Source of the DNA: an uncultured Bacteroidota bacterium
Lineage (GTDB): Bacteria > Bacteroidota > Ignavibacteria > Kryptoniales > JAKASW01
Assembly: GCA_963704305.1 (NCBI GenBank)
Contig: OY969888.1
Span: 27,168 to 91,167 of the forward strand
DNA: 64,000 bases
Reading direction: 5' to 3'
Both the position numbers and the translations under genes were made by a program. The notes under the pieces were generated by a model that searched no databases, had not been told where the DNA came from, and saw nothing but the letters and a program-made list of their open reading frames with translations. Numbering within the stretch: the stretch's first letter is position 1; each line of letters starts with the position of its first letter. Positions 56,234 through 64,000 of the stretch are shown here, piece by piece.

Positions 56234-58090
56234 GTGATTACTTATAACCAAAGGCAACTTCAGGATCTGACAATTTCGTCATCCAAGGAATGGCTCATGG
56301 CTGATGGTGATGGGGGATTCGCATGCAGCACAGTTTCCTTCATGAACACGCGGCGACAACACTCCCTTCTGACAATCTCCCTGAGTCCACCGCTCAAGCG
56401 ACTGACGCTACTGAACAAGGTCGATGAAGAAGTAATGATCGGAGAAAAATCTTACTTCCTGGGAACAAACCAGTATCCCGGAACGGTTTTCCCTACCGGA
56501 TACAAACTCCTCAAGAATTTCACATTCGACTATTTCCCTAGTGTGACGTACGACCTCGACGGGAATCTATTTACCAAAAAGATCCTGATGCCCAAGAGGT
56601 CGAGTTCCGTTTTCATCAACTATCAGAATCATTCAAGAATGACGATGACGCTCCGCCTTCTGCCGCTGCTGAGTTTCCGTTGGAAGGATTCGCTCAAGAA
56701 GGCTGGCGGAGGTTTCCTGACCGACGAGTTGCCTGACGGGGTTAGAATCATTGCGGACACGACCCTCCCGAGGTTGTATCTGAAGCTCTCACGAATTTAT
56801 GCCACCAGCCCGGAGTCTCACTGGTATTATAATTTTATTTATCCCCATGACCATGAATTGTTTGAAGAAGATAGAGAGGATCTCTACAACATCGGTTACT
56901 GGGAGACTGATCTTGAACCCGGCAGAGAAGTCACCCTGGCCGCGTCAACACGCGACCTGGCGGAATTCAGCTATAACGAGATTGAAGCTCGCTACATAGA
57001 ATCGATTGACCGCATTCGCACGGCAAGCGGTCTTCCGAAGAAGTATGTTCATCTTGCGGATATTGCTTCGAACCATATTGTCCAGAACAAGGAGATTCGA
57101 ACTGCTGCGATAATGGAAGGGTACCCATACGGAGGCATCAACGTTCGAGAAACTCTTCTCTCATTAGATGGATGCTCATATGTCACAGATAAGGAATCCT
57201 ATGAACAAGATTTCCTGCACGACTTAGCATCCAATGAAGCCAATGGATTCCTGCCCTCATCTATGAACGAAGAAACCTTGCAAGTGAACTATGGTGATCC
57301 GCAGGTCCCGCTTTATTTCGCGTTCGCTCTCGCCCGCTATGCCAGCAAAGAGAGGAGTCTGGACTTCGTACGACGTTACCTACCCATTTTGGAGAACGCC
57401 ATCGAAACCATAATGGACAATTACGGTGGAAGAACCGCAGCTGGCGACTCACCATTGCTCGATGTTGCAAAACACGATCAATCCTTACACTCAGAGACGC
57501 CCTCTGCGGACGGCTCGTCTCGAGTGACGGAGAATGCCTGCGTAAATGCTCTTTGGCACAGCCTGTTGAGGCTCGTCGGAGAATCCAAATCTGCGATAGG
57601 GGCATCTTCAGGGTATTCGGAAACGGCAGCTGAAATTGAAAGTGCTTACTTCGAGACGTTCTTCAACTACGATGGAAGCTACAGAGAATCGAGAGATAAG
57701 ATTGAAGTGAGTTCAGAGATGGTTATGCCGCTTATCGTGCCATCTTCTCCACTCAACGAGGGACAGAGGACATTGGTATGTAAGTCTCTCGTTTCGAAAT
57801 TTCTTGATTCATTGGACAGCCACTCGATTCACGATTCACTCCATCACGAATGCAATCTCGTTGCGATGTACCTCACTGAAGCATGTAACGAGGTCAAGGA
57901 TTGCGAGGGAGAGTTCGGTCATTTGAAGTGGTACATCGTAAAACTATTCGGACTCCAGGAATTCACAAATTGCGTGTCCGGACTACCCAAGTGCGGAATG
58001 AGCGTGATTGAACGCTACCCGCGAAATCTCTCCTCATCTGTCATGGCAGGCGAAGCTATCCGTCTGATCAAAAAGTTGAAGCTTAAATAA
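56234..58090 (+). CDS. glycogen-debranching-enzyme family protein (GDE N-terminal domain plus amylo-alpha-1,6-glucosidase-like barrel)
   Basis: SSKEWLMADGDGGFACSTVSFMNTRRQHSLL N-terminal signature, 618 aa, GTG start. Confidence 0.78.
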   Translation: MITYNQRQLQDLTISSSKEWLMADGDGGFACSTVSFMNTRRQHSLLTISLSPPLKRLTLLNKVDEEVMIGEKSYFLGTNQYPGTVFPTGYKLLKNFTFDYFPSVTYDLDGNLFTKKILMPKRSSSVFINYQNHSRMTMTLRLLPLLSFRWKDSLKKAGGGFLTDELPDGVRIIADTTLPRLYLKLSRIYATSPESHWYYNFIYPHDHELFEEDREDLYNIGYWETDLEPGREVTLAASTRDLAEFSYNEIEARYIESIDRIRTASGLPKKYVHLADIASNHIVQNKEIRTAAIMEGYPYGGINVRETLLSLDGCSYVTDKESYEQDFLHDLASNEANGFLPSSMNEETLQVNYGDPQVPLYFAFALARYASKERSLDFVRRYLPILENAIETIMDNYGGRTAAGDSPLLDVAKHDQSLHSETPSADGSSRVTENACVNALWHSLLRLVGESKSAIGASSGYSETAAEIESAYFETFFNYDGSYRESRDKIEVSSEMVMPLIVPSSPLNEGQRTLVCKSLVSKFLDSLDSHSIHDSLHHECNLVAMYLTEACNEVKDCEGEFGHLKWYIVKLFGLQEFTNCVSGLPKCGMSVIERYPRNLSSSVMAGEAIRLIKKLKLK

Positions 58091-58155
58091 TACTCCTCCG
58101 CTCGAGATCGATTATCCTCGACTCGTCAGTTGCTCTTGTTGAGCCCATATTGTAA

Positions 58156-58626
58156 TCAGGTTCTTACTGTCTTCGTTGGGACGCTGTAGCTGAGAAATTC
58201 ATCAGGTGGCAAGACTTTATACGAATTTGTTATCTCGACCGAGTTCCTCAACATGGCCGTTACAGGACAATATTTATTCTGAGACAAATCTATGGCGCGC
58301 TCAAGGTCGGCGGTTGACAGGTTCTCGCCGTAGAAGATATACTCAATATGGATTTTTGTGTAAACCTGCGGGTGCTCTTCTGCGACATTGGCTTTGAGCT
58401 TCACCTCGAAACCTGCAAGTTTCACCCGCTTCTTCTGAAGAATCGAGACTACGTCGCTCCCAGTACAAGCTCCAAGAGAGATCAGGATCAGCTCCTTAGG
58501 TCTAACTGCGGCGCTGCTTCCACCAAATTCGGGAGGGCCATCGACATTGACCCAATGACCGGATTCAGTAATCCCAACAAAAGTAAGCCCTTTGACTTGT
58601 CTAACTAAAGCAGATTTTTCTTGCAT
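58156..58626 (-). CDS. osmC: OsmC/Ohr-family peroxiredoxin-like protein
   Basis: LISLGACTGSD and NKYCPVTAML conserved Cys motifs. The ATG at 58626 has GGAGA upstream. Confidence 0.85.
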   Translation of the reverse strand: MQEKSALVRQVKGLTFVGITESGHWVNVDGPPEFGGSSAAVRPKELILISLGACTGSDVVSILQKKRVKLAGFEVKLKANVAEEHPQVYTKIHIEYIFYGENLSTADLERAIDLSQNKYCPVTAMLRNSVEITNSYKVLPPDEFLSYSVPTKTVRT

Positions 58627-58798
58627 GGTATCTCCAATCAATTTGGTTCATCGCAGTGAAAGAATTTAATTCCTCGTTCACCTGAAACTGATAAGATGAG
58701 CACGAGCACGAAGAGCCGCAAGCAGTCGGACATCATCCGTTCCATTACTACTCATCTCTGTTTGAATTTCACCTGTAACTTGTTAATTTAACGATGTT

Positions 58799-58872
58799 GC
58801 GCCTGTAGCTCAATTGGATAGAGCATCAGACTACGGATCTGAGGGTTCCGAGTTCGACTCTCGGCAGGCGCA
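58799..58872 (+). tRNA. tRNA-Arg (anticodon ACG)
   Basis: I folded the cloverleaf by hand: acceptor GCGCCTG/CAGGCGC plus discriminator A, D arm GCTC..GAGC, anticodon stem TCAGA/TCTGA with loop CT-ACG-GA, T arm CCGAG-TTCGACT-CTCGG. Confidence 0.93.
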
Positions 58873-59069
58873 CTGATGGGTATGTGTCAACGGGTAATTG
58901 AATGTTCCAAAGACGAATCCATTTCGAAGCGGTAGACCAGTCATCAACGTCGTATGAGCAATCAACTTTCGAATAGTGTCAGTGCCCCCGCAGAGGCACT
59001 TGATTCCATTAGTGCCGGTCAGGAATTGCCTTTGCGAGCCGCACCCCTGCTTGGTTGAAGAAGCAAATG

Positions 59070-59642
59070 TTAATGTCGCTGTTCTGTCGGTACGAATTTT
59101 CCCGGATCATAACCATTGCTGCGGAGGATCTCGTTCGCTGTTTCCATGTCTTCCTGAGAAAGCTCAGGCGTGCGACTCAGTATCCAGCCATACTTCCGCG
59201 AAGGATTTCCTACGACAGCATACCTATAGTCCTTGTCCAAACCAATTATCCAGTAATCACCCCAGAACAATTGAACTCCAAGAATTCTGACGAAGCTCAC
59301 TTCCAATTTCGAATTGCCTGTCGTGTCAACGACCCGCGCGACGCCCTTCGCCTCTTTCACAACTCCATCAGCTCCCACGCACCTGTTGATCACTCTGATC
59401 CTTCCATCCGGCTGCAGCTCGTATGAGGCAGTTGTGTTACGAGCGCAATCTCTCTGAAACGAATTTGGTATCCTTGCTATTTCGTACCACAGCCCAATGT
59501 ACCTCTTCAAGTCAACATGGCTGACTGTTACCGGCACACTACTACTTGAACTCATCGTCTGACCCTCGACCGATTTGTTAATGAAAATCATAACGAGGAA
59601 CACGAAAATTAAAGTAACCGCAATCCTATTTGAAACTTTCAC
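59070..59642 (-). CDS. blc: bacterial lipocalin (Blc-like)
   Basis: VDLKRYIGLWYEIARIPNSFQRDC..., GDYWIIGLDKDYRYAVVG, ILSR. Confidence 0.88.
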   Translation of the reverse strand: MKVSNRIAVTLIFVFLVMIFINKSVEGQTMSSSSSVPVTVSHVDLKRYIGLWYEIARIPNSFQRDCARNTTASYELQPDGRIRVINRCVGADGVVKEAKGVARVVDTTGNSKLEVSFVRILGVQLFWGDYWIIGLDKDYRYAVVGNPSRKYGWILSRTPELSQEDMETANEILRSNGYDPGKFVPTEQRH

Positions 59643-59786
59643 GAGTTCTGTTCCAATTCGTTTCTTATTTTGGCTGGAAATTCAACCGCATGCCCAGTGA
59701 AAATTGTCAGATGAGCTGCACATCGTCGGCAGCGATTGTCCGAGCAATGCCGACGTAATCAACCGACGGTCATAACAAATCGTGAA

Positions 59787-60251
59787 CTATGTCTGCTGAG
59801 ACAAGTAATTCTGAATTCCCATTTGTTTGATCTGGTCCATTTGAGCTTCTATCCAATCGACATCCTTTTCTTCGTCCTGGAGATTCAATTTGAAGAGCTC
59901 ACGTGTACCATTATCACCGGCTTCTGACGAAAGACGCATGCTCTCGTTGTAGCCTTTTACTGCTAACTTTTCTGCCTCGTAATCCGAAAGAACTTGTCCC
60001 TCTACATCTTTGCCGATGTTAATCTGATTCAGCTTGCTCACAATCGGCGTGCCTTCAAGGAATAGGATTCGTTCGATAATCCTCTCCGCATGTTTCATTT
60101 CTTGAATGGCCCGTTTCTGAATCGCTTCATGAAGCTTGTGGTAACCCCAGTTCTCGCACATTTCAGCATGGACGATGTACTGATTGATGGCCGTCAGCTC
60201 TTCGGCCAAACGAAGATTCAGTTGTTCAAGAACCTGCTTGTCGCCTTTCAT
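59787..60251 (-). CDS. bfr: bacterioferritin
   Basis: MKGDKQVLEQLNLRLAEELTAINQYIVHAEM...EMKHAERIIERILFLEG, the ferroxidase-centre pattern with a haem-ligand Met region. Confidence 0.92.
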   Translation of the reverse strand: MKGDKQVLEQLNLRLAEELTAINQYIVHAEMCENWGYHKLHEAIQKRAIQEMKHAERIIERILFLEGTPIVSKLNQINIGKDVEGQVLSDYEAEKLAVKGYNESMRLSSEAGDNGTRELFKLNLQDEEKDVDWIEAQMDQIKQMGIQNYLSQQT

Positions 60252-60414
60252 AACGAGCTCCTTTCTCTATTTGGTCATCTCGATTGTTAAGTTGCGGCTC
60301 CTGTTCCTAAGAATCAAGATGACCCCAATTGTGCCAATTCACCCGAGAGATTTCGATGAAGAACAAAACGAAGAGCAATGCATGAGCAAAAGGGTCACGG
60401 ATAATATCTCATCC

Positions 60415-60447
60415 GGCAAAAGAAAGGCGGACCTCACTATCCGCCTC
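60415..60447 (-). terminator. rho-independent terminator after the T9SS cargo gene
   Basis: Minus strand: AGGCGGA-tagtgagg-TCCGCCT followed by TTCTTTTG. Confidence 0.7.
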
Positions 60448-60479
60448 ATAAGTGCTCACAATTCTTGGTCAGGGGCAGA

Positions 60480-63374
60480 TTATTTGAGAAGGATCATTTT
60501 CTTTACAGACACATAGCCGTCCGTCCTCAACTCATAAAAATATACTCCGCTCGATAGACTATCTCCGTCGAAGTTCACAGAATATTTCCCTCCCTTTTTG
60601 TTCGCGTCAACGAGCGCCTTCACAAGGTTGCCGAGAATATCGTAGACTTTCAGAGTCACATGGCTATTCGCAGGAAGCTGATAGCTGATCACAGTCGTTG
60701 GATTAAACGGGTTGGGATAGTTTTGATACAATTCATAACTCTGGGGAGAATTGCTGATCTCGCTGACGCCAGTGACTCCTGCCGATATTGTGAAAGGGGA
60801 ATTGCTCAGGTCGGATAAGCTCGCGTCACTTATGCTGGTTATCATGATCTTGTAATTTGAATCCGGCTGCAAATTCGAAGGGACACGCCATTGAATGGCA
60901 CTGGTCCCGGAGAAAATGCTGTCAGCGATGACAGACACCGTTTTATTCCCATCTATCAGGACTATGTTTACCGTGTCGGCGACATTTGAGCCCCAGCGAA
61001 TTACAAATGCCGAATCTAAATAAGTTGTTTCTCCACCGTTTGGAGATAATACACTTATGAATGGAGCGGCAGTGATAAAGGTTTCTACATTTGACCAAGC
61101 GCTCGTCCCGGCAGCATTTGTGTTGTTCACACGCCAATAATACGTCGCGTTATTGCTAACCGTACTCATCGTAAATGAAGTGGAACTCAGATTTGAATTG
61201 TCAACAACCAAATTGCCGAAAGACGCGTTGGTGGAGACCTGCAGATGATACGTTTGTACAGTTCCGCGTGTCCCCCAAGCCAAATTCACCGGCCCTTCTT
61301 CGTTTACGATCTCACTGTCCGTTGGAGATATCGGAACAGGTGCGTATGCAGAGTCAATTGTCTGAGGAACGCCGAACGCGAAGTCGCCCAATGTTGATGT
61401 AGTAAAAGTCAGTTCATCCTTGGACGAGTCGAAGCTTGTCGGCATGGGAGTGAAGGTAGCATTACTGCCCGACCTTGCATAAACAATAGTCTCTCCAGGA
61501 TCTGTGATGGCAGGATAGCTTTGAAGATTGACTTGGACATCACCTGAATAGGAATCAATGCCTCCTCCGGCAAGATTAAAATAATTCGAATAAACCTTCG
61601 GGGCATTTGTGGCAAAGGTCGGATCTACAGGTGCATAATCATACATCGAGATAGTTGCGGTTGGATAAGGAGCCGTTTTCAACTGGTCAAATTTTATTGT
61701 AACTCCTGTCGTGTCATTCAAGCTGCTGAATTTATACGTGTTGCCCTGAAGCAGTTCCGCAGATCCATTTCCGACAGTGACACTTGCCTCCGGCGTCTCG
61801 CTTACCCATGGTAATCTGTAAGCGCGATAAGATGCCTGCCCGGACGGTAGAGAGAATTCGAGCGCTGTAATATTATCGGGGTGAACTTCCGTAAACATTG
61901 GGGAACCGGTCAAGCTCGCCAATCCCCATCCTATCAAAGTGTTGCCGTTTGACAATCTCTGCACGGAACCCATTGCGTAACCGTATATATCCGGAGTGTG
62001 CCTGTATTGCCAGACTAGCGTTGCTGTTTTGTTCTGCTCATCCAATCGATACTCGACTGCGCGCGAATAATTCGGTACATGCTGGTTCCCATTATCGAAT
62101 AACGTGAGGTCCCCGTTCGTCAGCAGTCTTACATCGTGCTGAAAGGAAAAATAGTTCGGACCGTTTGACTCATCTTCATTAATAAACGAAAATTGGTTTT
62201 CCTTACCTCCGAGGATCCAATCGATATTCCCGGTCTGCCGATCGATCTTGAAAATGCTTGAGAGATGCCGCATGGAAAACAGAATATTACCATCCTGGTC
62301 GACGTCAAATGCATTTGCATGTATCAGGTCAACCGTCGGCGTTGTGAGATCGATATATGAATCTGTTATTGGAATAAAATCCAGGGTTCTCCATTGAAAT
62401 ATGACATTCTTGGAAGCGTCGAGCTCTTGTATCACGTCGCCGACGATAGTGGCATTGGGACTCCCACCATATTGGCTCATATCGTAAGGCTCAGCATCCA
62501 TCCCCATGACAAGGGCATGTCCGTTGGGAAGCAGCAGAAAATCCGACGGATATGTGGTGTAACCATTCCCGCACTGGAGTGTATCGATCGGCGTCAAGGT
62601 CGTGTCCAACACAATATACCTGCCCAATACTAATGTGCCGATAACCCCTGTAATGTCCGCGTAAGAGAGTTCACCATTTGGTTGTACCTTAAAATCGACT
62701 CCCATTTCACTTATCCTTTTGTATCTGGCTACGCTGCCGTCATTGTTCAATATCATGAGGTAATTGCCGATTGAATCATTGGGTGTCAACGAAAAGTTGG
62801 TCAGGAATATTTTTCCCGTCGAGGGGTCGTTTGAGGTGTCCACTGTTATCGTGGGAAAATCCGAAGGAAGCTCGTTCGTTGATGGACTTCCCTTCACTGA
62901 ATACCGAGTCGCGTTCGTCAATGCTGATTTATATGTCGCTGTTGATAGTTGTCCATCATCGATCAATGTCAGTGGATTTATGTTTATTCTCTGGGATAGC
63001 GGCGTTGTCCTAAAATGTATTGTGACCGGAGGAAGTAACTTCCCGTCAGTAGTCTTGATGTGCTGAATCACGTTGACAATCACGTCCTCGTTTGGCGAAA
63101 ATGGCGTCGTTGGAAAGAACAGGACTGTCTCGTTGTCATCGGACAATTTCACTGTACCCTGATGCGTTCCACTGATTGAGCCGGTAACCGCAAACTCACC
63201 CGGATAGAGACTCGATGGGGCGATGACCTCATCCGATTTCAGAATGATATTCGTGTTCAGAGAAACGAGGATCGAATTGTTCCTCGGCGAAACATATTCG
63301 AAGGTCTGTGAGAAGAGTTGTTCGTTAGTCGTCAGTAATAGTCCGAGAAATAAGATGGTTCCAAGTGTTTTCAT
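60480..63374 (-). CDS. secreted multidomain protein: Ig-like N-terminus, arylsulfotransferase (ASST)-like beta-propeller, Fn3/Ig-like repeats, T9SS C-terminal sorting domain
   Basis: MKTLGTILFLGLLLTT signal peptide (ATG 63374, GGAGGTG upstream). ASST-like stretch LIHANAFDVDQDGNILFSMRHLSSIFKIDRQTGNIDWILGG. C-terminus YQNYPNPFNPTT...GVYFYELRTDGYVSVKKMILLK is typical of type-A T9SS sorting domains. Confidence 0.85.
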   Translation of the reverse strand: MKTLGTILFLGLLLTTNEQLFSQTFEYVSPRNNSILVSLNTNIILKSDEVIAPSSLYPGEFAVTGSISGTHQGTVKLSDDNETVLFFPTTPFSPNEDVIVNVIQHIKTTDGKLLPPVTIHFRTTPLSQRININPLTLIDDGQLSTATYKSALTNATRYSVKGSPSTNELPSDFPTITVDTSNDPSTGKIFLTNFSLTPNDSIGNYLMILNNDGSVARYKRISEMGVDFKVQPNGELSYADITGVIGTLVLGRYIVLDTTLTPIDTLQCGNGYTTYPSDFLLLPNGHALVMGMDAEPYDMSQYGGSPNATIVGDVIQELDASKNVIFQWRTLDFIPITDSYIDLTTPTVDLIHANAFDVDQDGNILFSMRHLSSIFKIDRQTGNIDWILGGKENQFSFINEDESNGPNYFSFQHDVRLLTNGDLTLFDNGNQHVPNYSRAVEYRLDEQNKTATLVWQYRHTPDIYGYAMGSVQRLSNGNTLIGWGLASLTGSPMFTEVHPDNITALEFSLPSGQASYRAYRLPWVSETPEASVTVGNGSAELLQGNTYKFSSLNDTTGVTIKFDQLKTAPYPTATISMYDYAPVDPTFATNAPKVYSNYFNLAGGGIDSYSGDVQVNLQSYPAITDPGETIVYARSGSNATFTPMPTSFDSSKDELTFTTSTLGDFAFGVPQTIDSAYAPVPISPTDSEIVNEEGPVNLAWGTRGTVQTYHLQVSTNASFGNLVVDNSNLSSTSFTMSTVSNNATYYWRVNNTNAAGTSAWSNVETFITAAPFISVLSPNGGETTYLDSAFVIRWGSNVADTVNIVLIDGNKTVSVIADSIFSGTSAIQWRVPSNLQPDSNYKIMITSISDASLSDLSNSPFTISAGVTGVSEISNSPQSYELYQNYPNPFNPTTVISYQLPANSHVTLKVYDILGNLVKALVDANKKGGKYSVNFDGDSLSSGVYFYELRTDGYVSVKKMILLK

Positions 63375-64000
63375 TTTCACCTCCGTGGTTTTCTTGCTGA
63401 AGAAGACATCTGCGATTTGCATTTCCGTCACAAAGCGTATCCATGATTTCCAGGGCAAGAATGTTTCATTGCCTGTTACTTGCACCAAAACTCAACAGGA
63501 GATATCTCCGTTCCCGAGGCTCTGGCGAGTCGCGGTAGGAAATTTGGGATCGAGTTTCCCTCCTCCCTCTCGCCAATCGCATGCAGGTTTTTGTCAGTGA
63601 ATGCGGCAAGTCTCAATTAGTCTTGGCTCGCGAGAGTGAATCCCGCAGGCAGCATGCTGTTGTGTCACCGCAGAAACAATGATGAGAGTATTTTTTACCA
63701 TTTGTGTGACCAGTCAATTTGCGGCCGGTTACAAGCATGACGGCAACTGAAGTGGCGAAAATCGGCGTTGTCGCCAAACTTCTTTGGATCGTCCCTATCA
63801 CACCCTTTTATGCTTCAACGTCATGGATCGGGGAAAGTTTAATTTCAAGGCAAGACACTCTGTGCTAACACACCCGGAAGAGGTCAGGCAGAAGTAAAGA
63901 GGGGAGGTCCTATCGGATAATGCAATTCAGTCTCCCCCATTTCACCTTTCCGTTTTATTGGCTTACCTCCCGGCGAGAATTGCGTCTATCCTTCTGAGCT

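Noticed and set aside
58873-59069. Possible integration hotspot or att site downstream of tRNA-Arg
   Set aside because: There is no integrase, no repeat of the tRNA 3' end, and the flanking genes (osmC, blc, bfr) look like ordinary chromosomal genes.
60398-60415. Fur-box-like GATAATATCTCATC upstream of bfr
   Set aside because: It matches only part of the 19-bp Fur consensus, lies about 150 nt from the bfr start, and overlaps the terminator region of the neighbouring gene.
1-64000. CRISPR arrays, IS elements/transposases, integrases, prophage genes, rRNA operons
   Set aside because: I saw no regularly spaced direct repeats, no transposase, integrase or phage-like ORFs in any frame of the track, and no rRNA-like sequence. 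The only accessory-looking module is higBA.
63613-64000. 62-aa ORF 63613..63801(-), and a possible 15-codon C-terminal gene fragment ending at 63955 followed by the hairpin GGGGAG...CTCCCC (63901-63937)
   Set aside because: Both are too short or featureless to support. The fragment at the window edge cannot be assigned a frame with confidence.

Overview
This is a chromosomal, mostly housekeeping window from an FCB-superphylum bacterium (Bacteroidota/Ignavibacteriota-like). The lineage clues are a T9SS-type C-terminal sorting tail on a 960-aa secreted protein, a histone-H1-like nucleoid protein, an extended S16, and mid-range GC by eye. I support about 60 CDS and one tRNA-Arg(ACG). I found no rRNA, CRISPR array, transposase, integrase or prophage signal.

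Recognisable blocks, in order:
- A truncated MqnE/MqnC-like radical SAM gene.
- The ffh-rpsP-KH-rimM-trmD-rplS operon.
- pckA coupled to an aminotransferase, then a DUF2723 membrane protein.
- An arsR-arsC-acr3-trx-arsP-like arsenic cluster with a palindromic operator.
- A 7-haem NapC/NirT-type membrane cytochrome.
- A DUF4159 gene, a giant coiled-coil gene, and a histidine kinase with a receiver-DHp protein.
- argJ coupled to a deoxyhypusine-synthase-like gene, then gltA.
- A stand-alone family-B DNA polymerase.
- tyrA and a DAHP synthase gene.
- A kdsA-kdsC-kdsD-lptC-lptA-lptB LPS/Kdo block.
- higBA, pta, and nth.
- A TonB/SPOR/OM-barrel/cytochrome/TPR envelope cluster.
- A glycogen-debranching-type enzyme, osmC, blc and bfr.

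The leads I rate highest:
1. A membrane-anchored dihaem cytochrome whose stop overlaps (GTGA) the start of an outer-membrane barrel, sitting in a non-canonical Tol-like cluster.
2. Three ORF-poor, hairpin-rich stretches that may be undescribed RNAs: 38407-39097, 26542-26702 and 2597-2864.
3. A receiver-DHp protein with no ATPase domain.
4. Three apparent frameshifts in two genes.

All function calls rest on motif recognition by eye. No database search was run.
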